Both the position numbers and the translations under genes were made by a program. The notes below the pieces were generated by a model, which made no database searches, had not been told where the DNA came from, and worked only from the letters and a program-made list of their open reading frames with translations. Of a stretch of 64,000 bases of DNA, positions 40,585-53,712 are shown one piece after another; positions within the stretch are counted from its first letter, which is position 1; each line of letters begins with the position of its first letter. This stretch comes from Eledone cirrhosa (lineage: Eukaryota), in NCBI GenBank assembly GCA_964016885.1, contig OZ024758.1:14384001-14448000 (forward strand), in the 5' to 3' direction.

Positions 40585-41013
40585 GTTGTATGGCGGAAGC
40601 TAGAAAGTACATCACCTAGAAAATCTTCTAACAAACAATCAAATTCTTGGTCGGAAACTGAACCTGTCAGGACTTCGCAACAATTATCTCATCCTAGAAA
40701 TAATATCTCAAGAACACAACCAACACAGCAAAAGGCAGCATCACAGATGAATGTTCAGAAGCAACAAAGCATCTCATCATACACACAACAGTACTATCCT
40801 CACACCCATCATTCTCATCACCCTCCTCCTCATCAATCTCCCCAGTCACCACCTTCCATTCAGAAAACAGCTAATTCTAAAGCCAGACACAACAGCAGTT
40901 CGGACACGACACGTTCTCGACAGTCGTCTACATCAAGTTTTTCACCATCCTCAGCTGTCAAACCCATGCCATATTCTGTCACAGAAAATAGAACTAACCA
41001 ACGTAATTTTTGA
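40585..41013 (+). CDS. CCDC85C: CCDC85-family terminal exon 7 (VVWRKLE + S/Q/P-rich tail, TGA)
   Basis: CAG acceptor; completes EMCN-VVWRKL; open to stop at 41011-41013. Confidence 0.88.
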   Translation, partial: VVWRKLESTSPRKSSNKQSNSWSETEPVRTSQQLSHPRNNISRTQPTQQKAASQMNVQKQQSISSYTQQYYPHTHHSHHPPPHQSPQSPPSIQKTANSKARHNSSSDTTRSRQSSTSSFSPSSAVKPMPYSVTENRTNQRNF

Positions 41014-41103
41014 AGCTAGCCATTTTTATAGTCCCAACTCTCTTTCGTATACTTTAGCCCACAGGATTGCAGAAATGTTATATTCCATTATATATATATA
41101 CAC

Positions 41104-41149
<46 letters not shown>

Positions 41150-41888
41150 GTGTGTGTATATATATATATATATATATTGGCCTTGCAATCGAAAGGTTGT
41201 GAGTTCAATTCTCAGACAGGGTGATGTGTTGTTTCCTTGAGCAAGACACTTTATTTCACATTGCTCCAATTTACTCAGCTGTAGAAATGAGATGATAGAG
41301 ACTAGGGTCCCTATCATTCCACTGCAAAGTGGTCGTGGAGGTGCCACAGCAAAAAAGCATCCAGCACTCACTGTAAATGAGGTTGGTGTTAGGAAGGGCA
41401 TCCAGCTGTAGAAATCAAGCCAGAATCAGTTCCCGTCCCACCCTTGCAAGCAGAGAAAAGCGGATGTAAAATGATGATGATGATGATATATATATACATA
41501 TATAAACATTTGGGAGAAACAGAGAGCTGTGTGGTTACTTGATACATATGTGTTGAGTGAGTGTATGTATATTTGTGGCGGTGTGTATAAATGTGTATTA
41601 TATGTACTCATGTATAAGTCACATCTGCATTTTACATACAGCATTTACAATGTAGCATGTATGTTGAAGGTCATGTAGAGGTTATATGAAGTTAAAGACT
41701 CAGATAAATAACTACACTGCCTCCGTGTGAGTGTGTGTCTGTGAACCTTAGTGTGACTGTATGTCTCTGAAACATATACATATATACACCAGGTCCAAAC
41801 ACAAAGGAACCAAACTCCCACTGTCACTGCCTCAGTGTGAGTGTCTGTGAAACACACACATATATATATATATATGTGTGTTTCATAG

Positions 41889-41923
<35 letters not shown>

Positions 41924-42348
41924 TCACAGACATGTATATATATCTATATCTATATATATATATATATCAATGATATTAATAAATGGAAACTATCTTTATA
42001 AAATCATATTTATTTTATAAAGATAGTTTCCATTTATTGATATCATTGACATTATACTCCAGAAGAAATTTGTAGAGTGCTTCAAATCTGTTATAAATAA
42101 ATTTGTTGAATAACCAACAAATAAAATAACTCTTTGCTTATATATATATATATATATATTTATTAAAATAACAGATTAAAGTTTAAGCAAAGAATCGCTG
42201 CTTTCACCCTTAACGGGATCTTCTGAAACTAAAAGAAATTAATCTGTGAACGCAGAAGTAAATATTTGCTCTATGGTTCTTATATATTTGATATATATTT
42301 ATCCTTATCGAGCCCTCTTTGGATTTTAGTCTTCAAATTTATTATTAT

Positions 42349-42409
<61 letters not shown>

Positions 42410-43043
42410 CTTACAGTCAGTAGGCACCTCTAACAAAAATACACCCCAGCCCCACTACCCCCACCCCTTCCGATGTAAAGTTATGTTGGTACCACAACAT
42501 ACAGTCCGAAATAAATGAGGTCGTGTAGGTGTCACGATAAAAAAACACACAGTCCACGCTGTAATGTGGCCGTGTAGGTAACACGGTAAAAACCTCCCAG
42601 TCCCACACTGTAAACGTGGTTGGTGTTAGGAAGGGCAGCCAGCCGTAGAAAGCCCGCCTAGACAGTCCTATGCGAGCAGGACAACCAATCTTGTCTCAAG
42701 TGGGAAAATTCCCGTCCAAACCTATGCTAGCGTGGAAGATGGACGTTAAACGATGATGATGATGATGATGATGACACCAGGTCTGAACACAAAGGAACTA
42801 AACTCCCACTGTCACTGCCTCCATCTCTCACTATTATGAGCAAATGGGGGCCCACACACTGGATGGTCTGCAGCCTTGGCGGACACAATAGAGATGGCGT
42901 TTCCCCTGAGGATGGTGAGGGAAACATGCTGTAAGAGCCATTCCAACTCACGAGGTCACACCCTCTGTGCTGATTAAATAAGTTGCATGCTGCTTTTTCA
43001 TGTTGTATTTCCATTGAAAAAAAAAAAAAATGGACTTATATAC

Positions 43044-43093
<50 letters not shown>

Positions 43094-43225
43094 TCCACTT
43101 TAGGGTACAATTGCTGGGTGTGTATGTGAGTGCATATGCATGTGTGTATGAATTTGTATATATATATATATATATATGCATGTGATTGTATTAGATTATC
43201 TGTCTAACATTTTATTAATATCAAA

Positions 43226-43272
<47 letters not shown>

Positions 43273-43979
43273 AATAAATGTGTACATGTGGATATGATAT
43301 GTGTGAATGTGTTTGTGTAAGAATTTGTATATATATATATATATATATGTGTGATTGTATGAGATTATCTGCCTAATATTTTATTATTATTAATAAATAA
43401 TTGTTTCTACTTTTTGGCACAAGGCCAGCAATTACCCAGTGCATTACTGGTACTTTATTTTATCGACCCCGTAAGGATGAAAGGCAAAGTCAACCTCAGC
43501 GGGATTTGAACTCAGATCGTTAAGGGACGTAACTATGCTGGAAAGCATGGCATCCGACCCTCTACCGATACTGCCAATCCACCGCCTTATTATTATTAAT
43601 AAATAATATCCCACCAACTGCAGCCATGTGATATTTGCAGAGCAGGCAATTTACTAATTATGGAACTTTTTATGTTTTTATCTTATAAATCATTGTAATT
43701 TTTCTCAGGAATTCTTTAAGTTGATATACAAATTATTAATAATTATTAATTAACCAACAGTGTAAAAAAAAAAAAAATCTATTTTATTGAACAGTTCTAT
43801 TGTATTTTTCATAAATATTACAACTGATTATCCTTGTAAATATATCATTTTTTGCACTCCACCGTTCAATACTTAAGTATACAGTAACCTTTATATAAGT
43901 ATATATACACACACATCTAGAAATGTATCTTCATAAAAGAAATCAGATTCAACCACCGAAGGACATCTTTGTTTTTATA

Positions 43980-44029
43980 ACAGGCTGAATGAGTTGGAGT
44001 GCATAACCCAACGAAACTTAAGTACCTGT
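43980..44029 (+). ncRNA. Hammerhead-like motif with 8-nt core CUGAAUGA, family E
   Basis: ACAGG CTGAATGA GTTGG..CCAAC GAAA CTTAAG TA CCTGT; all three stems pair. Confidence 0.62.
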
Positions 44030-44051
44030 ATATGTCACTGCTGTAACTAAT

Positions 44052-44095
<44 letters not shown>

Positions 44096-44295
44096 CGAAG
44101 GAAATGTGGTAAGGAACCAGGTGGACCATAACGCACCAAAGTACTCAATACTTGAGGTAGTAGAGTGGGTAATAGGAACCAGTAAGACCCCGACAGCTGA
44201 GCTCAAGCCGTTTCGACGGCTAATTCTGCCAGAATTAGCCGTTGAGCCCAGCCGTCGGGGTCTTACTGGTTCCTATATATATATATATATATATA

Positions 44296-44513
44296 AACAT
44301 ACGTTAACCTTGGTCTTCCTCTTCTAGTGTGTCCATGTAGGGGCTCCCAAAGGAGTGCAATGTCAACTCTGGATGTCGGTGAGCATGTCCAGCTAACCTC
44401 AGTCTCCTCTGTGTCACTTTTGAGGTGGAGACGCAGGACATGGCAGCGATAATGAGGAACAGAGACCGCTGGAGAGAACTCGTCCATGGATCTCGGGAAT
44501 TTTACCCGCCCTA

Positions 44514-44515
<2 letters not shown>
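44296..44515. mobile_element. RTE 3' end with internal inversion, flanked by (TA)n
   Basis: 44296-44424 is minus-oriented upstream sequence; 44426-44515 is the plus-oriented extreme 3' end. Confidence 0.85.
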
Positions 44516-44556
<41 letters not shown>

Positions 44557-44599
44557 CAAGTGTAGCACCAAGAAAAATATAGGCTTTGGTAAGAGGATG

Positions 44600-44616
44600 T
44601 ATACATATATATACAC

Positions 44617-44651
<35 letters not shown>

Positions 44652-45536
44652 CATATATATACACATATATATACACATATATATATATATACATATATAT
44701 ATATACATATATATACACATATATATACACATATATATATATATACATATATATATATACATATATATACACATATATATACACATATATATATATACAT
44801 ATATATATATACATATATATACACATATATATACACATATATATACACATATATATATATACATATATATACACATATATATACACATATATATACACAT
44901 ATACACATATATATACACATATATACATATACATATACATATACATATGCATATACATATGCATATGCATATACATATGCATATACATATGCATATACAT
45001 ATGCATATATATATGCATATATATATGCATATATATATGCATATATATATGCATATATATATACATACATATATACATACATATATATATACATACATAT
45101 ATATATACATACATATATATATATATATACATATATATATACATATATATATACATATATATATACATATATATATACATATATATATACATATATATAT
45201 ACATATATATATACATATATATATATACATATATATATACATACATATATATATACATACATATATACATACATATATATATACATATATATATATATAC
45301 ATATATATATATACATATATATACATATATATATACATATATATATATACATATATATATATACATATATATATATACATATATATATACATATATATAT
45401 ACATATATATATATACATATATATATACATATATATATATACATATATATATACATATATATATATACATATATATATACATATATATATACATATATAT
45501 ATACATATATATATACATATATACATATATATATAC

Positions 45537-45571
<35 letters not shown>

Positions 45572-45636
45572 CATATATATATACATATATATATATACAT
45601 ATATATATACATATATATATACATATATATATATAT
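44600..45636. repeat. Long degenerate (TA)n/(TACA) microsatellite; similar tract at 10395-11052
   Basis: Direct inspection. Confidence 0.95.
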
Positions 45637-45772
45637 GTGTGTGTGTGCATTTATCGTTTTCGGTGCACCCAGCCGACTAACTCACTCGATATGCAAATTA
45701 GGTTGCTCAGCCGTTAATATGCATAAGGAAAGTATATACTTTCAGACGTTCAACCATCTGACAGAAAGGTAT

Positions 45773-45815
45773 ACGATGCTGACGATAGCTAATAAGCTTG
45801 AAACTAGTACATCGT
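45773..45815 (+). ncRNA. Minimal type I hammerhead ribozyme motif, family F
   Basis: ACGATG CTGACGA TAGCT-AATA-AGCTT GAAA CTAG TA CATCGT; 6-bp stem I, GUA cleavage triplet. Confidence 0.78.
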
Positions 45816-47939
45816 TCCTGTGTCAGTGTTGAACGAAGAGGTGACGACGATGGCTGCCTGAACACTGTATGGCGTAATTCGGGCTGTTTGTTTATAAGCA
45901 CACCGAGCATTATAATAAATGTTCGGTAAACCCATACGTACATATATACATGTGTGCATGTATGTATATATATACATACTACTGTATGTCTGTATACATA
46001 TATGTATGTATGTATACATACTTACATTTAAGTACCAGCCATACTAAGAGTGAGAAATGAAATTTTGTTTCATTCTTTTCCATATATATATATATATATA
46101 TATCAGAATGGAGGCAGTAAAAACCAGTTAGACCATTACTCACCAGAGTACACAATACTTGGGGTAGTAGAGTGGGTAATTTGAAAAATTCAGGACCTCG
46201 ACGGCTGAGCTCTGGCCATTTCAACAGCTAGATCCGAACAGTTCTATTGATTGAATCCAGCTGTTGAAACAGCCAAAGTTCAGCTGTCAGTGTCCCAAAT
46301 TTTTCATATATATATATATATAACACTTGCTGAAAAACACTTAAATTGTACAGAGTCAATGCTTACATTTTCATTTATCCCATTACAAATTTATTATGTT
46401 TATAATATATCAAAATAAATTTCTTTTACTATTTATATTTCATTTTTATTTTTAATATTAAAATAAATTGATCATAATACATTTCTTATCATTTTAATTA
46501 CTAATGATGATGTACACATTTACTCCAGGGTTTTAGTATTCATAAAGTTGAGTAGCCTAAAGCTAATGGGCCCTGCAGGGACTAGGGCAGAGATTATCAA
46601 AGTGGGTGCTACCGCCCCCTGGGGGGCATTGAGAAGGTCCAGCTGAAGCCTAAGGGGAGCATTGGGGGTAGAGATTTTATAATAGTATATTAAATATTAA
46701 ATTATACATAGATATATAGTAAAATAAAAAATATATATATTTATTTATACAGAATATATATTATATTATTTATTATATATAAATTAACTAATTTATTTAT
46801 TATATATTATTTACCATTTGCGTGTAGGCAGGTCTCTCTGGAAATAGGGTTGGGGCGCTGAGGGTATTACATAGCCACGAGGGGGGGGGGGTCCCCAAAC
46901 GTTTGAGAACTTCTTGACTAGGAGCTCATCAATTGTTTGGTCTAAGGAACTATTACAGGACTAAAGTGCCAGAATGGCCCTAAAATATATGGAAACCTAG
47001 GGTTCTCGCAAGTGTTTAATAGAAGCCAGGATTAAATGTGTGATGTTCATGCTCTTCTAAATGGCATTAGTGTTGTAAGTGGGAAGAAATAACAAAGATA
47101 GAGTATTCATTGTTCAGTGTCACAATACAGCCAATTGTTTAGGAGTATATGAAGTGATGTGTGTGTAGAAATAAAGCAAATGACACAGTACTATGAAAAA
47201 CTATATTATTAGTTTTACGTTTGATATAGAGGGAAAATAGCCTTAACGTTACGTTTCGGACGCTAGTCTGCCATCAGAAGAAAGAATAAGAAATTAAAGA
47301 AGAAATAGAAAGATTGAAGTTATGGGGAAAACAATTTTTTAGAGAAAAATAACAGGTCTATATATTTACACACACACACACACATACACATACAAACATG
47401 TAACAAGTTCCTATCTGAGTTTGAACCTTGATCCTTTATTTTGTTCTCTCGTCACAGTCAAATAAAAGATAAAAGCACATGACAACCACAGAACTAGGAC
47501 TTTAACAACTGCTTGCCTCTCAATAAACACTTTCATATTAGACAAACTATAGCCCAGATATCCAGTCATCTTAAACAGAAGTGCTGCATCCGCCATAATT
47601 TAAACACACTAATGCTCTATCATTATACTAACAATTGACTTGAATTATTAACAATAAATAGAACATGCAAACAAAGAAACACACATCATAGCAATTCGAT
47701 TTAGAGCGTCGGACAACATATTTTACAGCATAGAGTTACGGTCCCTTTACGTTTTGAGTTCAAATCCCGTCGAGGTTAACTTTGCCTTTCATCTTTACGG
47801 GGTCAATAAAATAAAGCACCAGTAATGCACTGAGGTCGATTAATCAACTTTTTGCCCTCAACTTCAAATTGCCGGCCTTGTGCCAAATGTAGAAATAATT
47901 ATTAAACCAGAGTCATCTCCCTTAGAAGACGGATCAACA

Positions 47940-49270
47940 TACCTTGGGGGTTATGCCCCCTTTTCATACGCGATTACAACACGAGATCGTGTTTAGACAT
48001 TTCACTTTAGGCCTACAAGTTGCAGCGCTGCTTCTTGCAAGCTGCACCATCATGTGCAATCTGCAGATGCTCCAAGTCACGTATGCCACCTCGAGTTCTC
48101 TGATCATAATAGGCCCTGATGTGTTGTGAAGGGCATAGTCGATAAGGGTACGACAGGAGGTCAGCGACGAAAAAATGCCTATAAGGTAAATGAAACTTAA
48201 GAGACCGGAGAACACAATCACTGAATCTGAGAGATCAGGTGGCTTGTTCCCATCCGGGGTTCATCTAACTGGATACACCACGCCAGATGCAGGCATCGCG
48301 ATCTGTGAGATGAAATACATGACTGTTGCATGTGTCACTGTGTGAAAGGTGTACAAAATCTTCGGCGGAGCGTAGCAGTTCCTCGACAGAAAGAGAGTTG
48401 GGTGCACGCCAATCAAATGCAGTCAGCTCACAAGAGTTTCAAGCTGGTCAACCTTGAATTTAATGGTTGACGAGAGGATCAGTGAGCTAAGGATAAGAGC
48501 ATCTTTCATTGTCATGTGCACCAGTTGGAGTATCAATTGCACAAAGACCCATATAAGTAGGCCAATGGGTGGACGGACGAGGCACAACCAAGGAAAGCTT
48601 CGAGCAAGTGGTCACGGCTCAGACAGATAAAGGCGTTTCTCATATCGAGTTTGACAGATGCCTTGAACTTATCGACGCTGGCTTTGGTCGGCAGTCATTG
48701 ACGAACTGTCTAGTGTCCCACCCCACCTCACATCTGCCAGCCACACTGACTCCAATTTATACCGGGCTTAGTCCCTTGCCCAGTTCTGTGACTTACAAAT
48801 TATCTCGGTAGCCAGCCTTCTGAAAACATTGCCCAGAACAATAAGGTGTATACCACCGTCTTTCTTCCTCGGAGCAGTCAAGTTTCCCCACCCCAATATG
48901 AGGTCATGGGTATAGAGGCCCTGCGTGCCGTGAATGATCCTGTTAATGAGTACCACAATGGTACTCAGCAGGCTATACCCAGCCTCAGCTGTGTGTGAGG
49001 AGTCCAAGCCTTTGAGGTTCGGAGACCAGTTCGGAGATTGTCGGCCCCTCCGCTGCTGATAGCAGGGAAATATTTCATAGTAGATATAATGTTTAACTCG
49101 GAGGCCACATATAGCAGATAAGGGGTCGGGTGGAGGTATGGGTAAGAGGTGTGTGGGTGGCTCTAGATGTTTGAGTCGAAGTAGGGCCGAGTTGAGGTAT
49201 GAGTTAGAGGTCTGTGAGTGGCGCAGGATGTTTGAGTTGAAGTGTAGGACCAGGAACAGAAGCACTATTC
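47940..49270 (-). pseudogene. Decayed CRE-like (RLE-type) non-LTR retrotransposon RT
   Basis: GNLTAPRKKDGGIHLIVLGNVFRRLA, VKLDMRNAF, DPLAY-like and WEQAT-like remnants with frameshifts; boundaries approximate. Confidence 0.55.
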
Positions 49271-49419
49271 AGCCTCATAAATGTAAATGCCGCTCTAATA
49301 GCTATAGGGGGGGGGGGGTAGTTAGTTGATGTTGTTAGTATTAATGTCTAGGAATTAACATTCTGAAAGAAAAGTTAGCAGTAAAGTTTTTTTGTTTCTA
49401 TGATCGCTTCCCCCCTCTA

Positions 49420-49458
<39 letters not shown>

Positions 49459-49494
49459 TAAATAAATGGAAAACTATATTTATAAAACCATATT

Positions 49495-49560
49495 TATTTC
49501 ATTATATATATTTCGGGGATATCATATTAACAATATGCTATGCCTTCATCAGACAAAATA
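49495..49560 (-). ncRNA. Minimal hammerhead motif, family A
   Basis: Reverse complement: TATTTTGT CTGATGA AGGCATAGCATATT..AATATGATATCCCC GAAA TATATA TA ATGAAATA. Confidence 0.65.
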
Positions 49561-49651
49561 CAATATAAACAGTTTTATAGATAAATATATTCGACATGAT
49601 TTAAAACTGCACTATCCACAAGTGTTTTTTAGCCTTCATATCATGTTCTCC

Positions 49652-49722
49652 TGTTTTATCTGATGAAAACACAAATATTATTGCTTGATGATGTTTGTTT
49701 TTGAAATGCGCATAATAAAATA
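49652..49722 (+). ncRNA. Minimal hammerhead motif, family B
   Basis: Near-identical to 15122-15192: TGTTTTAT CTGATGA ... GAAA TGCGCA TA ATAAAATA. Confidence 0.75.
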
Positions 49723-49944
49723 TATGGAACTCCTTTAACCATCTTTTGATCTTATATTATGCATACTCCAGTCCCACAAACTGTAGAGTGCTTCTTATCC
49801 GATATCTGCATTGCTTTATTGTACTACAATAAAACTCACCTCCTACATATATATATATAATTAATACGATATATATATATATATATATATCTTTCCCTCT
49901 GTGTATGTGTATAGATGTCTGTTTGTGCACGCGTGTAGTGGATA

Positions 49945-50385
49945 TTCTAACCCTAACCCGAACCCGAACACTAATCTTAATCCCAACTCTAACCCTAGCA
50001 CTAAACCTAACCATAGCCCTAACACTAATCCTAACCCTTACTAATGGCACTCCGCCGGTTACGACGACGACTGTTACAGTTGATCCGATCAACGGAACAG
50101 CCAGCTCAACCGTAACCCTAACTATTAACCCTAACCATTAACCCTAACCATTAACTCTAACCATTAACCCTAACCATTAACCCTAACCATTAACCCTAAC
50201 CATTAACTCTAACCATTAACTCTAACCATTAACTCTAACCATTAACTCTAACCATTAACTCTAACCATTAACCCTAACCATTAACTCTAACCATTAACCC
50301 TAACCATTAACCCTAACCATTAACCCTAACCATTAACTCTAACCATTAACCCTAACCATAACCATTAACTCTAACCATTAACCAT
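49945..50385. repeat. Interstitial telomere-like (CCCTAA) degenerate repeat and 13-bp CCCTAACCATTAA array
   Basis: Visible TAACCC variants followed by a homogeneous 13-mer array. Confidence 0.85.
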
Positions 50386-51582
50386 AAATAGTATTCCATT
50401 TCCGGATTTCAAGTGAAATGTAAACTGAATGAGACGAAATCGCTATGTGACTTTCACAAAGCGTCTATTGACAACAAACACTTTAAACTGACTCGGTTAT
50501 TTACGGTGTCCTTGGAAATACTGTTCCCCAAAATAAAAATGACCGGCTTTATTATATTAAACTGAATTTTTCATATTAACTTTCTTTAATTAATTTATAT
50601 TTAATATCGTTGATATTCTAATTATTTATTTCAGACATTAAAACTGCCTCCTAATTGTTATTTTATTTTAAACCAGCAATATTAATTGATTCTAAAACAA
50701 ATCAAAAATTAGAAGCCACCGGTGGGTGTAAATTTCGTGCTGTTAAGGCAGTCTGATTGAGTGTGAAAGTAAAGCTTGTCCTAGTCTTATATTAATTTCG
50801 TTTCTTCGGCTAGTTTAACCAATTTCTTGTTGTGAACCCACCAAAAAACCCGAAATTAAATGTGGATATAATTGATAAATATTTCACAACTACACGTCTT
50901 TCATTCATGCATGAATGACTAGAGCAAAGAAGTGAAACGAAAAGGTATGTTACAGTTTTTTTATTGATACTATTGTATTTCTTAAGAAAATAACTGGGCG
51001 TATAATCACACATAATACTCACATTACAAAGCCATTTAACATACGGCTTTAATTTTCCTTTTGTGTTGTTTTGATCCATTTCAGCTCTGATGTCATAAGA
51101 CAGTCCAGCCATGCATGACCATCTCATCTTTTTTTTCTTCTTAAGATTTAGGATCAGATTATCCAATGAGTCATGCTTTGAAAAGAAGATTGCGTGTGAT
51201 TTAAGTGAGATTTGGCTGATATTTCTAGTAGGTGAAATGACAACGTAAAGGACTGCTTCGTTAATGGGCGTTGTGTAACACACACACACACATATATATA
51301 TATATGTGTGTGTGTCTGCGGTGCTAAGACGGGAAAGACCACAAATCAGGACAAATACTGGAGGGTATATTAAAGAGGTGGTATCCTCTCTGTTAACCCT
51401 GCGATCCAGTTCAACTTGATTACACATTCAAAACAAATTGAAACGACAGAGCTCGCCGTCGAGATTCTATCTCTTCAAAATATATATATATATCTATATA
51501 TATAAATTTATATATCCAGCGAACCTCAACCGTTGAGGTTGTCTTTATGCGGGTGTCAATATTTATTTATAAAACAAATTTG

Positions 51583-51648
51583 TATTTTATCTGATGAAAG
51601 CGCACCAAAATTTGCCTTGGTTGTCCTCGAAATATATATAATAAAATA
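51583..51648 (+). ncRNA. Minimal hammerhead motif, family A, in a ~230-bp element ending in (TA)n
   Basis: TATTTTAT CTGATGA AAGCGCACCAA..TTGGTTGTCCTC GAAA TATATA TA ATAAAATA. Confidence 0.65.
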
Positions 51649-51785
51649 GTTATGGTTTTATAAATATAGTTTCCATTTATTAATATATTGAATATTTACT
51701 CCACTAATCTGTTGAGTGCTTTATATCAGTTATAAACATGTTTAAGCTTGTTGAATCCCAACAAATTAAATACAACTTCTGCATA

Positions 51786-51817
<32 letters not shown>

Positions 51818-52120
51818 CACACACACACAGATGCGAGACAAACCACAAACCCTCCATCACAATTTTAAAGGAAATAAATAAATATTCTTAAAAAGAATCC
51901 AGTTTCATTTTCGACTTCTTTTCCTTATATCTATCTATCTCTCTCTATATATATATATCGTGAGGTTGTGAGTTCGATTCCCGGACCGGGCGATGCGTTA
52001 TGTCCTTAGCCAAGACACTTTATTTAACGTTGCTACTTCTACCTGGAGTTGCGACCGATAGATAGTACTAGCAATTGGAAAGTCGATCGACTGTATATAT
52101 ATATATATATATATATATAT

Positions 52121-52403
52121 TCTAAGGCGGGTAAAATTCCCGAGATCCATGGACGAGTTCTCTCCAGCGGTCTCTGTCCCTCATTATCGCTGCCATATCC
52201 TGCAACTCCAACAGACCAGTGCCTGTCCTTAGGGCATCAACATACTTTAACCTTGGTCTTCCTCTTCTAGTGTGTCCATGTAGGGGCTCCCAAAGGAGCA
52301 CTGAGTGCAATGTCAACTCTGGATGTCGGTGAGCATGTCCAGCTAACCTCAGTCTCCTCTGTGTCACTTTTGAGCTGACTTTAGGGATGCTCCCATACAG
52401 CTC
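52121..52403 (-). mobile_element. 3' end of the same RTE LINE, running into (TA)n
   Basis: [29 protein letters not shown]-terminus; resumes exactly where the + segment stops (GAGCT). Confidence 0.9.
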
Positions 52404-52420
52404 AATGTTACTGATCCTCC

Positions 52421-53499
52421 CATCAGTGGAGGATCAGTAACATCGTCCCAGTGCCAAAGAAGGGAGATCTCTCTAACACCAACAACTACAGGGGGATCTC
52501 ACTGACGTCACTTGTGGCAAAGACCCTCAACAGGATGATTCTTAACAGGATCCAGCCTGAGATGAAGAAGAAGCTCAGGGACAACCAGAACGGCTTCAGA
52601 GAGGGTAGATCAACCACCAGTCACATCCTGATGCTGAGGAGAATATTAGAGGGAGTTAGAGCAAAGTGCCTTCCTGCGGTCATGGTTTTCATTGACTTTA
52701 GGAAGGCCTTTGATTCTGTGGACCGTTACTGCCTGATGAAGATCTTACAGGCTTATGGAATCCCCAAGAGGATAGTGGACCTGATATCACTGCTCTACAC
52801 CAACACCAAAGCCCAAGTCATTACACCTGATGGGATGACAGAGTTCTTTGAGATACTGGCTGGAGTGCTCCAGGGAGATACATTGGCTCCCTACCTTTTT
52901 ATCATCGTAGTGGACTATTGTATGCACCTTGCACTGGAGAAACACCAGGACTCTGGCTTTACTGTAGCACCGGCTCAGAGCAGGAGAGTTAGGGCGAAAA
53001 AGGTATCGGATGCTGAATTTGCCGACGACATAGTTTTGGTGACAAATACAGTGAAGGAGGCAGAGGATTTGATGCGGGAGGTTGAGACTGTGTCGATGAG
53101 TGTGGGGCTGAGAATGAATGAGACTAAAACAAAATATCTGGTAGAGAATGTTGAGAAGCCAGAGGGGATCACTAATGTAGGCGGGAAGCCGCTAGCATTG
53201 ATTGAGGGCTTCCTGTATTTGGGAGCAAAGATTGGGAATACGGAAGATGATGTGGTTCAGAGGAAGAGCAAGGCCTGGGCGACGTGCCACAGCTTGAGAT
53301 CGGTGTGGAAGTCGGACCTTCGTAGGGACCCGAAAATCCGCCTCTTCATTGCTGTAGTGGAGTCTGTGCTGCTGTATGGGTCTGAGACTTGGACACTGAC
53401 CAAGAAACTCACTCAGATGGTGGATGGGTGCTACACAAGAATGCTGAGGATGGCTCTGAACATTAATCAGTATACACTGAGGATGAAAAACTCAGAGCT
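52421..53499 (+). mobile_element. RTE-clade LINE reverse transcriptase segment (inverted part of one insertion), open frame
   Basis: IVPVPKKGDLS..NYRGISL, FIDFRKAFDSV, GVLQGDTLAP, FADD, LLYGSETWTLT motifs. Confidence 0.92.
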
Positions 53500-53673
53500 T
53501 TATATATATATATATAAATATATGAGTGCCCCGTGCAATCGGGGGTAACCACAGTAAGGCACCCAATACATTAGTAGAGTGTAAACAACCAATTTAATGT
53601 AAAAATGGCTTCTACAGGAATAGGACTGTTTCATTCGAAGGAAATCACCAGGAAACAGTATATATTAAATTTG

Positions 53674-53712
<39 letters not shown>

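Noticed and set aside
44263-45832. YI-repeat ORFs up to 453 aa (also 10347-11074, 13458-14394, 21105-21527)
   Set aside because: Microsatellite translation artefacts
50810-51427. 205-aa minus-strand ORF
   Set aside because: No recognisable domain; spans microsatellite; no supporting splice structure
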